NCBI GenBank assembly: GCA_964057225.1
Contig: OZ059895.1
Location: 13,206,001-13,270,000 of the forward strand
From: Auanema rhodensis
Lineage: Eukaryota > Animalia > Nematoda
Length of the DNA: 64,000 nucleotides
Direction: 5' to 3'
The notes under the pieces are model-generated. The model worked only from the letters and a program-made list of their open reading frames with translations. It searched no databases and had not been told where the DNA came from. Both the position numbers and the translations under genes were made by a program. Below, piece after piece: positions 48,230 through 59,806 of the stretch (position 1 is its first letter; each line of letters starts with the position of its first letter).

Positions 48230-48639
48230 TTTCAATTTTTTTTAACGATCATACCACGTTGAAAGTACGCAATGCAGCTGATTTTCAATTTTATCTCTTC
48301 CGTAACAAATGTTTTTAATTTTCTAGCAGTTTTACTTAGATAGCTCAACCCAAGGCATCAAAATATCTTCAATCTTATTTCTATATTACAGTTATAAACC
48401 AGTAGTTTATGAACCTTCATCTTAACTTTACTGTTTCTATCTATTTCCTATTGAAACAAACATTGTTTTAACACTATACAACTGTGAAACCTTTTTTAAT
48501 TTATTGTATTTGGAGCTCATAAGATTTGATATCATCGAGGAATTTAGATGTAACGTAGAAAATTACATAACTAACATGAAATTGGAAAAAAAACAATAAC
48601 GAGGATAAGTATGTAAATCATTGAATATCAGATATTTTC

Positions 48640-48758
48640 GCTTACGACCATACCACGTTGAAAGTACGCCATCCCGTCCGATCTGGCAAGTCAAGCAACG
48701 TTGGGCCCGGTTAGTACTTGGATCGGAGACGGCTTGGGAATCCCGGGTGCCGTAAGCT
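48640..48758 (+). rRNA. 5S rRNA
   Basis: 119-nt consensus copy. Confidence 0.96.
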
Positions 48759-49099
48759 TTTCAATTTTTTTTAACGATCATACCACGTTGAAAGTACGCA
48801 ATGCAGCTGATTTTCAATTTTATCTCTTCCGTAACAAATGTTTTTAATTTTCTAGCAGTTTTACTTAGATAGCTCAACCCAAGGCATCAAAATATCTTCA
48901 ATCTTATTTCTATATTACAGTTATAAACCAGTAGTTTATGAACCTTCATCTTAACTTTACTGTTTCTATCTATTTCCTATTGAAACAAACATTGTTTTAA
49001 CACTATACAACTGTGAAACCTTTTTCAATTTATTGTATTTGGAGCTCATAAGATTTGATATCATCGAGGAATTTAGATGTAACGTAGAAAATTACATAA

Positions 49100-49485
49100 C
49101 GTTCCATTTGATTGCCCTAGGGTTCCGACTAGGGTTTCAGATGGATTTTGTGCAAGGATTTCATTGTTCAACAAGTAGATAAATTAGCAACCGTTTTATT
49201 ATATAGAGAAAACTACAATAGGAAATGTTATAAACTACAAACAAGTAAAGTTAAAGTCTAAAACTACATGATAGAAGATCTCTCTTAGTGTGTTTTCTAC
49301 GGGTTTATATAGCAAACTATAGAATGTAAAAAGTGAATGAATTTGTATAAAAAGAATTACGTTCCACCTTATTCCGTGGAATCTTTTATAAAAAAACTTT
49401 CGAATTCTAGTTTCTTATTTTATTTGATTAAACTAAAGTCGGTTGACGTAGTCAACCGCCTTCTCTATAAGTTATGTATGGAACA
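49100..49485 (-). repeat. Element B 3' LTR
   Basis: Direct repeat of 60259-60644; one substitution seen (49249 A versus 60408 T). Confidence 0.96.
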
Positions 49486-49697
49486 TGCCTTATAGGAAAA
49501 AGTTAGCTGACCTCAGCTATAAGAAATTAGATTTCGTGTTTTTTTTTTTTTTTTTTTTTTTTTTGAAACAAAAAAAAAAAAAAATTGAAACAAGAATAGG
49601 AATAATAGAATAGGTAAGTGAATAATAGAGTGAAAAAAAATAAAAAAAAATAAAAATAAAATGTTTTATTGATTCATCACCTCTTTCTTAGCAGTTT

Positions 49698-50327
49698 TCA
49701 TCCTTCCTCCTCATTGATTTGTCCCATTTGAAAGTCGGTTGCTGTATGCTGCCCAGCGACGGTCCATGTGTGATAGAGACTGAGATCTGTCAGCAAATCT
49801 GTCGTCTGGTTGCATATCTTCTTTTTCATATCTTTCTGGTTCTGGGTGGTGGCGCCAGTTGCCATTAAAATCTTCAATGCTTGGCCAACTCGTTCTCCAG
49901 CTTTCCTTATTGACTGGTTTGCGGACTTGTTTAAACTCTCTTCTGTCCAACTCTTGTAGATTTCTTCTGCGGCCCATCTCGGGATTAGATCAGCGCTTCC
50001 TTCGTATTCTGGGATTGAATAGCCTAATTCTTGACGCAGTTTGCGGATGGTGAACTTGGTGCGGACGGTGGCTGACAACCAGTTCTTTGCCATTTTGGCC
50101 ATTTCGTCTTCTTCATGGTTACATAAACATTGTAACCTTTCCAGAGTTTCTATCAATAGAGTCACTCTGGATAGATTCTCCGAGAAGGACCGAAGAATCT
50201 TTAGTTTCTTGGGGTTGTCTTTCTCCAGCTCTTGTAGCTCAATTTGGAGTGAATGGATGTTGATCCATTTTTCCTTGATCATTTCGATGGGTGTCTCGCA
50301 GGGTAGAGGTGGAAGGTTGAGCGACAT
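49698..50327 (-). CDS. Accessory ORF2 of element B (209 aa from MSLNLPP; upstream in-frame ATG at 50402 crosses a poly-A tract)
   Basis: Same position as ORF2 of A; shared pattern TP..I...WI.+..L, L+E.LE, K.W, +R..LG, P.W, +GQ.L. Confidence 0.75.
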   Translation of the reverse strand: MSLNLPPLPCETPIEMIKEKWINIHSLQIELQELEKDNPKKLKILRSFSENLSRVTLLIETLERLQCLCNHEEDEMAKMAKNWLSATVRTKFTIRKLRQELGYSIPEYEGSADLIPRWAAEEIYKSWTEESLNKSANQSIRKAGERVGQALKILMATGATTQNQKDMKKKICNQTTDLLTDLSLYHTWTVAGQHTATDFQMGQINEEEG

Positions 50328-50543
50328 CTTGTCGAATTCGGAGGAATTTTTTTTTTTTTTTTTTTTTTTGCTTGAGGTGTTTTTGAGCTTATATAGCTCC
50401 ATGCAAAGCAGGTTTTTTTTTTTTTTTTTTTTTTTTCAGGTTACTGTAGGTGATGAATCGTTTTTTTTTTTTTTTTTTTTTTTTTTTGAACAGAGAAGGT
50501 AGAATTTTTAGAGAGATAGTGTGATTGATGACAAAAAAAAAAA

Positions 50544-53500
50544 TCAAAATTCGAAAACTTGTATCACGCTGTTGTACCTTATTGGTACGTGAAACGGTTT
50601 TGGAGGAGTAATCGGATTTTTGTCTTCTAAACCGAGTGCCAATTTGAGAGCTGAGCTCCATCTTTTGATTGTAGGTAACTCTTTTTGTCTTTCTTCGTAG
50701 AGCTCTTGTCTTGTTTCTTCTCCAATTTTGTCGACCAATTGTTGGAATTGGTTGTTTTCTTCTTTGTTCGTAGATGTCTTGTCTGCTGTATCTAGTCCAG
50801 ATTCCGATTGATAACTTTCTTGTTGTCTTTCCAACGTATCTTCCTGCGGTGTTATTGTTTCTTTAGTTGTTATTATAGGTCGGCTTTGTTCGTAGAACTC
50901 GTCCTCGTTATCGCTGTCCGAATCAGAAATTGGGGGCGTGGCTTGACCGTTGTTCTGAGCGCGCGTATTGACCTGATCGTGCCGGGACCTGTTGCTATAA
51001 ATAGCGGATCCCGCGTCATTTCTGCCGTGCTCGCTTTCCTCGATGTTATTGTCATCGGGTGGAAAATATCTTATATTATTCTTATGAGCCCGTATTCTAT
51101 TCCCGTCGTCATCTGCTAATATGACATTATTTTTATTTATTTCTTTTATGAGGTACGGTCCATCACTGACTGCTTGCAGTTTGTTGGTGGGCTTTGCCCG
51201 TTTGACGAGAGCTCTGTTATCCACGTAGAGTTCTCGTTCTTGTATCTTGTGTGCCTCGTCGTATTTCTTCTTCATCTTCTCATTGTTCCTTGTTATCCTT
51301 TCGTATATTTTCTCATGTAAATCTCCTGTGGGTTTGAGAGTGGGTGCGGGAGTGTCCAGGTTGTGGTCGATTGGTAGTCGCGCTGCCTGACCAAAGATAC
51401 AATCGTAGGGCGGTGTGCGAGTTGTGGCATTAGGTAGCCTGTTGAGTGTGAATACTATCTTAGGTAGTATATCATCCCAATTGTCCTGTTCCGTATTTAC
51501 GTACGACGTTAGTGCTTCTTCTAGTGTTCTGTGTAGTCGTTCCACTTGTCCATTTGCATTCTTGTAATATGGCATAGTTGTATGATGCTCGGAACCTAGT
51601 TGTTCGCACATTGTTTTGAATTCGTGAGAAACAAAATTGGATCCGTTGTCCGTTATGATCCTTTTTGGTGGTCCGAAAACAAAGAACAGGTTTTTCTTAA
51701 TTGCTGTTATGATTTCTTCTGATGTTTGTCTTAATAATGGTGTTGCTATTATCCATTTGGAGAACGCGTCCTGTATTGATGAGATATATCTGTTCCCGTT
51801 TTGTGTTCGTGGTAGTGGTCCGAGAATGTCCATGTGAACTCTTTCCCAAGGTTGTGAAACGGTGGGAAAGTTTCTCATGGGTTCCACCGTTGCTTCATGC
51901 GGGTTATTTTTCCTTTTTGCGCACTGAAGACATCTGTTGACGTAGTTGGTGATATCTTCTTGCATTCCTGTCCATGTATAACGGCGTAGAATTGAGTCAT
52001 GTGTTTTGTTGATTCCTAGATGAGCTCCTAGTAATGGGTCCTTATGAAACTTATCAATTATTGCTGTAGTAATTGTTGGATCATTGGGTAGAACGGCTCG
52101 AGGTGTTTGGAATGCTGTTTTTGGCTTTGCATAGAGAATATTATTTTGAACTATATATCGATCTGTTAGTTGCCTTCCTGCTGTTTTGTTCTGAATCTTT
52201 TCTTTTGTTTCCATGATCCATTCTGTTTCCTCTTGAATTGTCCGAAGGTCCGTGATAGTTGTAATAGTAGAGATTTGATGCGTGGGAGATTCTTTCGTTT
52301 TCTTCTTTCTTTCCTTCGCTTCGTTGATTTCGTCTTCGAAGTATCTTGATAATGCGTCACAAACGCTATTAAGACGTCCTGGGCGATAGATAATTTCAAT
52401 ATCATACTCTTGGAGTACTATTTGAAATTTGGCTAGTCTTCCTATGAGGTCTTTTCTTGTCATAAGGCTAGTTAAGGGTCTATGATCGGTTATGATTTTG
52501 ATCGGTGCTCCTAAGATGTAGGTGCGAAACTGATGAACTGCGAAAGTTAGGGCTAAGGCTTCGATCTCAATCGGGGGGTAGTTCCTTTCTGCTTTGTTTA
52601 GTTTACGGCTAGCGAAAGCTATTGGGTGCAATGGTTCTTGACCATCCGCAGATTGCAATAGAACTGCTCCTACTGCAATTATGCTTCCGTCGCTTTCAAC
52701 TACGTATGGTCGTTTTGCTCTAGGTGCCTGAAGAACCGGTGCTTGACAAAGGACTTTCTTCAGGTGTTGGAAAGATTTTTCTTCTTTGTCTCCCCATGTG
52801 AAAGCTTTATCCTTTTTTGTGAGGTCGTAGAGAGGTGAGGCAATTCCCGCGGCATTTTTGATGAATCTTCGAAAGTAGTTAACGACGCCCATGAAAGCTC
52901 TGACTCCTGTTGTTGACTTTGGTCTGGGGTAGTCTCTGATGGCTTTAATTTTCTGAGGGTCCGGTTTTATTCCCTCATATCCGACTATAAATCCGAGAAA
53001 CTTGACTTCTCTTTGTCCAAAGGTGCATTTCTTCAGCTTAATTTTGAATCCTAGCTCTATTGCTACTCTCAAAACTTCTTTGATATCTTGAAGATGTTGT
53101 GTGGTTGATTCTGATATAAGCAGAAGATCGTCTAGATATACGAAGAGTTTGCAGCGTACATGTTGTTGTAGGTACCGTACTGCGTTTTGGAATGTATGTG
53201 GGGCTCCACAGAGTCCCATGGGCATTCGACAGTATTGGTATGTACCACTAGTTGTAGTAAATGCTGTTAAATGTCGATCTTCTTTACGCAGAGGTATTTG
53301 GAAGAATCCTGATACCAAATCAAAGTTAGTGAAGATGCATGCTCCTGCTGCTAGATCGAGAATATCTTGTATGTTTGAAATGACGTATATCTGCTTTAGT
53401 GTTATGGCATTTAATGCTCGAAAATCCGTAACAAAACGGTATGTTTTGTCCTTCTTTTTGACGAGTATAACGGGACTTGTGGTAATAGAAATTGATGGTT

Positions 53501-56500
53501 CTATTATACCTTGTTCGAGCATTTCCTCCACCTGTTTTTCGACTTCTTCTTGTTGAGTTAGAGGGATCCTGTATGTGATTTGAAATGATGGAAATTTTCC
53601 TGGTATGATAGGTATATTATGTTCCACTGGTCCTTTAAAAAGTCCGATATTGCGATCCTCGTTCAAGAAAGCCTCCTTATTTCTAAGTACTATTTTCTTT
53701 AATTCTTGTCTTTCCAATTGGGTGAAGATGGTGTTTGTTACGTCGAGATCCTTTATGAAGTCGTCTGGGAAGTATGGTAGTTGTTCTTCCCATCTTGCTT
53801 CCGGTGGGACGTATTGTCCTTTTTGTTCTTTGATATCTTTTGGGATAGCGTAAGCAGTTCCGATTCCTTGATTTGTTTTAATTTTGATTGTTTCGGGTGA
53901 GATATTTGTAGCGAATATCTGAACCCCGTATCCTGTTGGCGTGAAAGTTGTAGGGGCGAAAGTCATTTTTCCTATTCGTTGTGAACTTCTTATAAAAGCT
54001 TGTGCGTATGATGCTGGATCGTCTACTTCCAACGTGAGCGATCTGGTTTCTCCTGGGTAAAACTGTTTAGTTTCCAGGCTTACTACATGAGCTATCGTGT
54101 GGTTCTCGGTCCACGGTGAGTAGTCTTGTGCTAGAGGTACTATTGTATCTCCGACTAGCAATGAATTCTGAAGTGGTCGCAATGATGTATTTATTCCTAT
54201 TTTGCTGAGGGCTTCTATAAAGTCTATTCCTAATAAGATAGGTGCTGGGCAGTGGTTGTTGGCAGAAATCAGTATTTTGTGCTCAATCTCTGTTTTTCCA
54301 ATAACAATTGGAAGTCTTGTGTAGCCCAGGAAGGAAAACCGTGATTTGTTTGCTACGATAGCTGTTGTCTTTTCACCAACCATCGTTGCTGCCGGTAGTT
54401 GTTGAAATGTGCTTTCCTTCATATATGATATAGAAGCTCCTGTGTCCCATAAAGCAGTAAAGATCTGATTGTGGATGGAGAGAGGTACGAAAGGTAGTCG
54501 TGATCCTCCGATGTAGTTAATCCTTGATTCTTTCATGGCGTATCGTGGTAGATAGGCTAGAAAGTCGTTGTCTGATAGTGGAGCGTCGGGATCGTATCGG
54601 GAGATTCTTGAACAGAATTTGTTTTGTTGAGATTTATTCAGTGGTTGTAATTGCTGAAGTTCGATTTCTTTATTTTCTCGCCTTGGTTCTTCTTCTTCTT
54701 CTTTGAATGTTATTTGATTGATTGGTATCCTTGTGGTACATGCATATATTTTTAATGCCCAGATGGTAGCAGTTATAAGTCCTATTGCGACGAGAATTCC
54801 TCCAATAATGGCTAGTGTCCTTAGTATCCATGCTGTAATTGATTCTCCTACATATTCGAAGAAATTTGTGATTTGTTTTTCTGCGTTGTTTGATATGTTA
54901 TCTGCTAACATTAATGTCGTTCCAACTGTTCCTCCTATAATGCCTATTGGATTTAGATTAGAGAATCCAGACTGTTTGAAGACTGGTTTCAGCTTTCCTG
55001 GCAGAGTGGCTTGTAAGGATGCTAAGCTCGATCCGTAGGAGATAGCCAGTGCCATTGGAAATGTTGACTCCGTGAGGTTTGAAAATATGTTGGAATTGTT
55101 GAACTTAATGTGATCAATTTTTACAGATGTGAGTTCATCCGAAAATGAGAAGTGAGTTACATTCAATGTTGAATTATCTTTCATCCATTGATTGTTTATT
55201 TTGTAGGGATCTGATGTAGCCATATCGCATGCTATGATGTGAGCATATGGTGTCAAATCTCGTGATCCTGGTGTAATGAATAGTTTGCCGTGATGTTCCG
55301 TGTCTACAGGCGTCTCCAGGTAACATTTATCGTCTCGTTTGTGATCCGAATATACATGTGTTATTTGTACAGGGGTGCATGGCATGACGTAGATGAGATG
55401 TTCTCCGACGAATTTGGCTGAAATGTCCTGTCGACGAAGCATAGTGCGAATTCCTATGGTCGGATTAATTTGCAGGATTGCCCACCAGGTAAGTAGCTGT
55501 TTATTTTGCATTCTGCAAACGCTTTTCTTTGTTATTTGGAAAGCTTGTAAGATTTCCTCCTCGAGTTTTGACGTAGAGTATTGGAGGTGAGACCTTGTAT
55601 CTTGTTGTCGTAGTTGATCATCGTATTTTTGAATAATATCTGCTCGTGTTCGTAGGAAATTGAGGTGTGCTTGTGATCCTGTGTGAGATTTAATTTTCTC
55701 TACCGGTTGAGTTGTTGTTGCTCGTTTTGTGGTAATCCGAGTTGTGGGAATTGTCCTAGGAGGTTCTCTGCGATTTGTGGTAGTGAGAAGACGTGGTGGT
55801 GGAGTTACTGGAGTTGTTGTACTCTGGTAATAATGATATCTCCTTGGTGTGGTTGTGAATTGAGGTAAAGGTGTCCGATAAGTAGTAGTTGTCGGGTCAA
55901 CTGTGGTTGCAGGGGTTCTAGTGGTTGTTGTAGTTGTAGTAGTTGTGGTAGTGGTTGTCGTAGGACTAGCACCCGGTGACTCAATGAGCTGAAGATATGT
56001 TTGTTGAAATAATAAGCTGTCTTCTTCCGTGATGGGTCTGGCTGTAGGTAGTGTTTTCGGGAATCCGTAGTTTTGTGCGTGTCCGTTGAAGATGAGAGTA
56101 TAGTTGGGAAAGGTAATCGCTGAAGAGTTTGACTGTCTTGTGAGATCAGCCCATTTCTTGTTTTCTGCTTCTCTTTCCTCTTTTGATATCCGGCTTAGAC
56201 GATTGTTTTGAGCTAGGTATTCGAGAAATTTTTGTATTTCGTCTATCTGGGTGTAGACCTGTGTGTCTGTACGTGATCTAGGCAGTTTTGTCATTCTGGG
56301 TGGGTAAAGTTGGTATAAGTATTCCTCCAACGATGGAATAGTTTCACCTGTAGCCAGAGTTGTAGGTGTCTGTGCTATTTCGAGTGCTATTTGTCTTGCT
56401 CGTTCGAGATAGTCGCCTTTGTGGTTTAGTAATCGTGTGGCAAAGTCGCTGATAGTGATTTGCTTGCTGAGTTTTGCCGTAATTTCTGATGGTAATAGAT

Positions 56501-59288
56501 GTTCAATGGCGATTTCAGTGGAAAGTCGAATCTCGGCTTCTGCGAGTGTGTGTAGGATAACCATGTTGATATCGGTGTAGTTGTGCCATAAGAGTCGATA
56601 TTTTAGTTTTGATGCTTCCAGTTGTAGGAATTTGATGAGCCCTATGTGTACGCTAGATGTTTTGAGGTAGTCTATAAGGTTATAGGTACTATCCAGTCTT
56701 TTACGATTTCGATATGTTTGGTACATTGGTAGTAATCCTGTAGAACTGTCTGTGAGGCGAAGTGATTGATAGATAGTGATGTTGAAGAATCTCGTAGGGT
56801 ACTCCTGTGGTGCTTTTCTCTTTTGACGTCGGGGTTTTAACTCGTTGATGGAAATGTACGTACCGCTGTCAGTTGAATAGATGTTCTTATTCATACATCT
56901 TGTAGCAATAGGGTCTGGCGTGTCGTCGTTGAGGATGAATGCTCCTTGTATTTCCGAGATTATAACAGTATCATTATTGATTAGTGCTTCGAATTTTCCT
57001 AAAGTTGTGTAATCACAATTTCGATGGTTATTGGGTGGGATCCATGTGATAACTGCGTTTGTGGTGTTGCATACACCTTGTTGTTTAGTGCATCCCTCAG
57101 TGTTGATAAACAAGTCGGAGATTATAGTGTCATCGTGTAGGCTAGTCATCATTCCTCTTTCTAATGTGAATCTTGATTTTGTTGTGCAAGAGGATGACCA
57201 GAACGATTTTGATTGAGTATTGGTAGGCATAGGAGTTTTGAATAGTCCTGGAGCTTCCCGATTGAGGTTGTTATCCGTGTGTCGTCTCTCTTGAATGGCT
57301 GTTTTGCATTCTTGTGGAGTGGCTGGTTCTATTCGGAGTAATGTGAGGTTGTTTTCCCTGATGAAGAATAAGTCGTAGGCGCAAGCTTTATAGATTTCCT
57401 TGGAGCATTTCCATGCTTCCCATTCTTTGTAATTCATATTTTCTGCAAATAGTTCCACTGTTTTTATCTTGACTCCGTCTTTGTGTGCATAGTCTGAGCA
57501 GGTTGTTGGTCGAGGTGGTTCGAGGAAAATACCTCCTCGTTTGCCGATGCAGAGTTGATAGGTGTTGTCTGCCTGACAGGGTATCAAAGATAAAGCGATG
57601 ACGGATAAGAATAGCGGTATGAACGGAAGTGTCTTCCTTGTTTTTCCTGTTTCTTTCTCCACTTTGTTAACGTGAAAACGAACGCTAGGGCTTCTGGTAC
57701 GATCTCTGTACCTGTTATGTTGTCCATGCGAAGAGCTGCGATTTCTTTGTTGGAATCCGCGATCGTGATAGTTTCCGCGGTTGTATCGGTCGTTTCCTCT
57801 GTGCTCATGTCGATCGTTTCCTCTGTTATCATATCGGTCGTTTCTTCTGTTATCGTATCGATCGTTGTATCTATCGTACCGTTGAGGACTACGATAACTG
57901 TTGTATCCTCGTTGGTATCCATTGTTTCTGTTATCTTGTCTGAAGTTGGGACGGTTATTTTGTCGGTCGTCCTGGTATCTTGGTGGGCGGTATCCTCCTC
58001 TTCTTTGATTCCATTGTTCCTGTGGGCGTTGTGGTCTTGATTGATTTCCATAAAACGTTCTTGGTTGGTGTGTTTGTGATTCGTCATGGGTTTTGTCCTG
58101 TTGTGAGGTTCTCATGTGGTTTATGAGACCGTTATTGATCTCTAATTGTTCCACGTTTTTGATCAAGTTGTTGATATGTAGCGACGGATCTTCGTCGGCT
58201 TCTACTGTTTCGGCGATAGTTACAGCTGCATCGAAGGTTATAGGGCTGCGGTTATTGACGTGTGTTCTTAAAGTCTTTCTTAGTCCTCCTAAGAACGAAA
58301 CACGTAGTATTCTTTCGTCAGCTGTTGAGTCCATGTTGCATGATTCGTAAGCGAGATTTCTGCAACGTTGCGCGAAATTTTGTACCGTTTCGTTTTCTCC
58401 TTGTTTCAAATGGGTGAGTTTCGTAAATGCAGCATCCCTCTTTTCTGGAGGTTGTAATTTCTCCGATAGTAGACGTTTGACGTGGTTCCATCCTTGGCGT
58501 AAGTCTTCTGCTGGTATAGTTCGCAGAGCTTCGGCGGCTCTGTCCGTTCCAAGAAGTAGATAAAGATGGGAAAGTCTCTCCGCAATAGGGACTTGAAGTG
58601 CGTCAAAATATCCTTCTAGTCTTTGCATGTAGAGATTGAATGGTACGGATCCATCATAAAGCGTAGGTTTATGATGGCGAATAGAAACATTGTTGGCTCT
58701 CGCGATAGGAGGATTATCTTGCTCCATCTGATTTGCCATTTGAGGGCGACTTCTCTGCTCTGTAACATTCGAAGTCAAATTTATGTTATTGTCTGACGAA
58801 GAAGAGACAGGAGACAGAGAGTGCCCATGCAAAGATTGATCAGTGGAAGAGGGGGAATTTCTAGGAATAGGAGAAGTGAGGATTTCCGCGTTTTCGGTTT
58901 GAATAGGACGTTGAGGAGAAGTGTGATTTGGAAGATAAGTGTTAGTGCCGGTGTCAATGACTGTTTTTGGAGAGTGAGAAGAGCGTTTGGGCGTGGATTT
59001 ACTAGATGTTGCTTTATTTTTATTCAAACTTATCGCATGCCTAGTAGTTTTGATAGCAGTTGTATAAAGTTTCTTAGCAGTTAGCGGTGTGCCCGGAATG
59101 GGGGGTAATTTCTTTGATTTAGCGTTAGTTTTCGGATGTTTCGCATCTGGTCGAAATGCATCCGGTGGTCCTCTTTTTCTTTGGTTTCTATGCAGTGCTG
59201 CTTCCACTGTCTGGGTATTCTCTGAGCTATTTGTAGTGTTTTGGGTATTATTTCCCGGCGGAGGGTTTTGATTCGCTGTGTCAGCCAT
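50544..59288 (-). CDS. Gag-Env-Pol polyprotein (2914 aa)
   Basis: Gag KPTLYDG...LKQGENETVQNF; signal peptide ~57626-57570; furin-type RRQKR ~56831-56817; Thr-rich tract; gB-like helix; TM ~54822-54757; DTG 54446-54438; YLDD 53138-53127; RNase H; HHCC, DDE and GPY integrase motifs. Confidence 0.96.
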   Translation of the reverse strand: MADTANQNPPPGNNTQNTTNSSENTQTVEAALHRNQRKRGPPDAFRPDAKHPKTNAKSKKLPPIPGTPLTAKKLYTTAIKTTRHAISLNKNKATSSKSTPKRSSHSPKTVIDTGTNTYLPNHTSPQRPIQTENAEILTSPIPRNSPSSTDQSLHGHSLSPVSSSSDNNINLTSNVTEQRSRPQMANQMEQDNPPIARANNVSIRHHKPTLYDGSVPFNLYMQRLEGYFDALQVPIAERLSHLYLLLGTDRAAEALRTIPAEDLRQGWNHVKRLLSEKLQPPEKRDAAFTKLTHLKQGENETVQNFAQRCRNLAYESCNMDSTADERILRVSFLGGLRKTLRTHVNNRSPITFDAAVTIAETVEADEDPSLHINNLIKNVEQLEINNGLINHMRTSQQDKTHDESQTHQPRTFYGNQSRPQRPQEQWNQRRGGYRPPRYQDDRQNNRPNFRQDNRNNGYQRGYNSYRSPQRYDRYNDRYDNRRNDRYDNRGNDRHEHRGNDRYNRGNYHDRGFQQRNRSSSHGQHNRYRDRTRSPSVRFHVNKVEKETGKTRKTLPFIPLFLSVIALSLIPCQADNTYQLCIGKRGGIFLEPPRPTTCSDYAHKDGVKIKTVELFAENMNYKEWEAWKCSKEIYKACAYDLFFIRENNLTLLRIEPATPQECKTAIQERRHTDNNLNREAPGLFKTPMPTNTQSKSFWSSSCTTKSRFTLERGMMTSLHDDTIISDLFINTEGCTKQQGVCNTTNAVITWIPPNNHRNCDYTTLGKFEALINNDTVIISEIQGAFILNDDTPDPIATRCMNKNIYSTDSGTYISINELKPRRQKRKAPQEYPTRFFNITIYQSLRLTDSSTGLLPMYQTYRNRKRLDSTYNLIDYLKTSSVHIGLIKFLQLEASKLKYRLLWHNYTDINMVILHTLAEAEIRLSTEIAIEHLLPSEITAKLSKQITISDFATRLLNHKGDYLERARQIALEIAQTPTTLATGETIPSLEEYLYQLYPPRMTKLPRSRTDTQVYTQIDEIQKFLEYLAQNNRLSRISKEEREAENKKWADLTRQSNSSAITFPNYTLIFNGHAQNYGFPKTLPTARPITEEDSLLFQQTYLQLIESPGASPTTTTTTTTTTTTTTRTPATTVDPTTTTYRTPLPQFTTTPRRYHYYQSTTTPVTPPPRLLTTTNRREPPRTIPTTRITTKRATTTQPVEKIKSHTGSQAHLNFLRTRADIIQKYDDQLRQQDTRSHLQYSTSKLEEEILQAFQITKKSVCRMQNKQLLTWWAILQINPTIGIRTMLRRQDISAKFVGEHLIYVMPCTPVQITHVYSDHKRDDKCYLETPVDTEHHGKLFITPGSRDLTPYAHIIACDMATSDPYKINNQWMKDNSTLNVTHFSFSDELTSVKIDHIKFNNSNIFSNLTESTFPMALAISYGSSLASLQATLPGKLKPVFKQSGFSNLNPIGIIGGTVGTTLMLADNISNNAEKQITNFFEYVGESITAWILRTLAIIGGILVAIGLITATIWALKIYACTTRIPINQITFKEEEEEPRRENKEIELQQLQPLNKSQQNKFCSRISRYDPDAPLSDNDFLAYLPRYAMKESRINYIGGSRLPFVPLSIHNQIFTALWDTGASISYMKESTFQQLPAATMVGEKTTAIVANKSRFSFLGYTRLPIVIGKTEIEHKILISANNHCPAPILLGIDFIEALSKIGINTSLRPLQNSLLVGDTIVPLAQDYSPWTENHTIAHVVSLETKQFYPGETRSLTLEVDDPASYAQAFIRSSQRIGKMTFAPTTFTPTGYGVQIFATNISPETIKIKTNQGIGTAYAIPKDIKEQKGQYVPPEARWEEQLPYFPDDFIKDLDVTNTIFTQLERQELKKIVLRNKEAFLNEDRNIGLFKGPVEHNIPIIPGKFPSFQITYRIPLTQQEEVEKQVEEMLEQGIIEPSISITTSPVILVKKKDKTYRFVTDFRALNAITLKQIYVISNIQDILDLAAGACIFTNFDLVSGFFQIPLRKEDRHLTAFTTTSGTYQYCRMPMGLCGAPHTFQNAVRYLQQHVRCKLFVYLDDLLLISESTTQHLQDIKEVLRVAIELGFKIKLKKCTFGQREVKFLGFIVGYEGIKPDPQKIKAIRDYPRPKSTTGVRAFMGVVNYFRRFIKNAAGIASPLYDLTKKDKAFTWGDKEEKSFQHLKKVLCQAPVLQAPRAKRPYVVESDGSIIAVGAVLLQSADGQEPLHPIAFASRKLNKAERNYPPIEIEALALTFAVHQFRTYILGAPIKIITDHRPLTSLMTRKDLIGRLAKFQIVLQEYDIEIIYRPGRLNSVCDALSRYFEDEINEAKERKKKTKESPTHQISTITTITDLRTIQEETEWIMETKEKIQNKTAGRQLTDRYIVQNNILYAKPKTAFQTPRAVLPNDPTITTAIIDKFHKDPLLGAHLGINKTHDSILRRYTWTGMQEDITNYVNRCLQCAKRKNNPHEATVEPMRNFPTVSQPWERVHMDILGPLPRTQNGNRYISSIQDAFSKWIIATPLLRQTSEEIITAIKKNLFFVFGPPKRIITDNGSNFVSHEFKTMCEQLGSEHHTTMPYYKNANGQVERLHRTLEEALTSYVNTEQDNWDDILPKIVFTLNRLPNATTRTPPYDCIFGQAARLPIDHNLDTPAPTLKPTGDLHEKIYERITRNNEKMKKKYDEAHKIQERELYVDNRALVKRAKPTNKLQAVSDGPYLIKEINKNNVILADDDGNRIRAHKNNIRYFPPDDNNIEESEHGRNDAGSAIYSNRSRHDQVNTRAQNNGQATPPISDSDSDNEDEFYEQSRPIITTKETITPQEDTLERQQESYQSESGLDTADKTSTNKEENNQFQQLVDKIGEETRQELYEERQKELPTIKRWSSALKLALGLEDKNPITPPKPFHVPIRYNSVIQVFEF

Positions 59289-59594
59289 TTTTGTTGGTTT
59301 CCTGGAAGGAAATTATTAACCAACGAAGACTGAGCTTATATATACAAACGTAAGAAACAATATGGGGTTGGTATGCGCGACTCCTGTTTCTGTCAGGGGG
59401 CCAGCCTGCAGCGGGTCTCTAGTCGGAGAATAGCCTGGTCAGGTTCATACACGAGTCCGCAACTACGTGTGACCTTAGCAAAGGACCGGGTTCTTATCTC
59501 ACGAAGAGGCATGAGATGCGAGACAGTGGTCTGTGTATTGTGCCTTTTCAGTCATGGACAAGATCAGGTACACAGGCTTCTCGAACTCATTTTT

Positions 59595-59806
59595 CCAGAC
59601 TTCTCGTGCCTAAGCGAACCCGCAGAAGACGTTCCCTTTTAACGTTGCTTCTGCTCCCCTGGGCTCTGCTAGGTGGGACCACTTAACTTCAAAAAAATAT
59701 TACGTTTTGTAATTCTCATATAGGACCGAAAAAGGGTTAATTTCAAATGAATGCGCGTCTTATATCAAAAGTGTACGCCTCCGCACGATGTCCCGAGAAA
59801 GTCTGG
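59595..59806 (-). ncRNA. Structured cis-acting RNA domain in the element B leader
   Basis: CCAGACTT-CTCG/CGAGAAGTCTGG, GGGAC+CACTT/AAGTGGTCCC, GAGCCC/GGGTTC, GCAGAAG/CTTCTGC. Confidence 0.7.

Larger units (their letters stand above)
47514..49099 (+). repeat. 5S rDNA array, three units between elements A and B (5S at 47582, 48111, 48640)
   Basis: 529-bp period; the unit resumes exactly at the TSD. Confidence 0.96.

Noticed and set aside
49096-49100. 5-bp TSD ATAAC for element B
   Set aside because: It would require the LTR to end GGAAC, but element A and the solo LTR show the following G belongs to the LTR.
37337-59642. Small overlapping or antisense ORFs within the elements, including 37988-38605 and 57584-58087
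   Set aside because: Expected shadows of A-rich, low-complexity coding sequence. The alternative-frame ORFs over the NC region share composition but I saw no convincing homology or frameshift signal.
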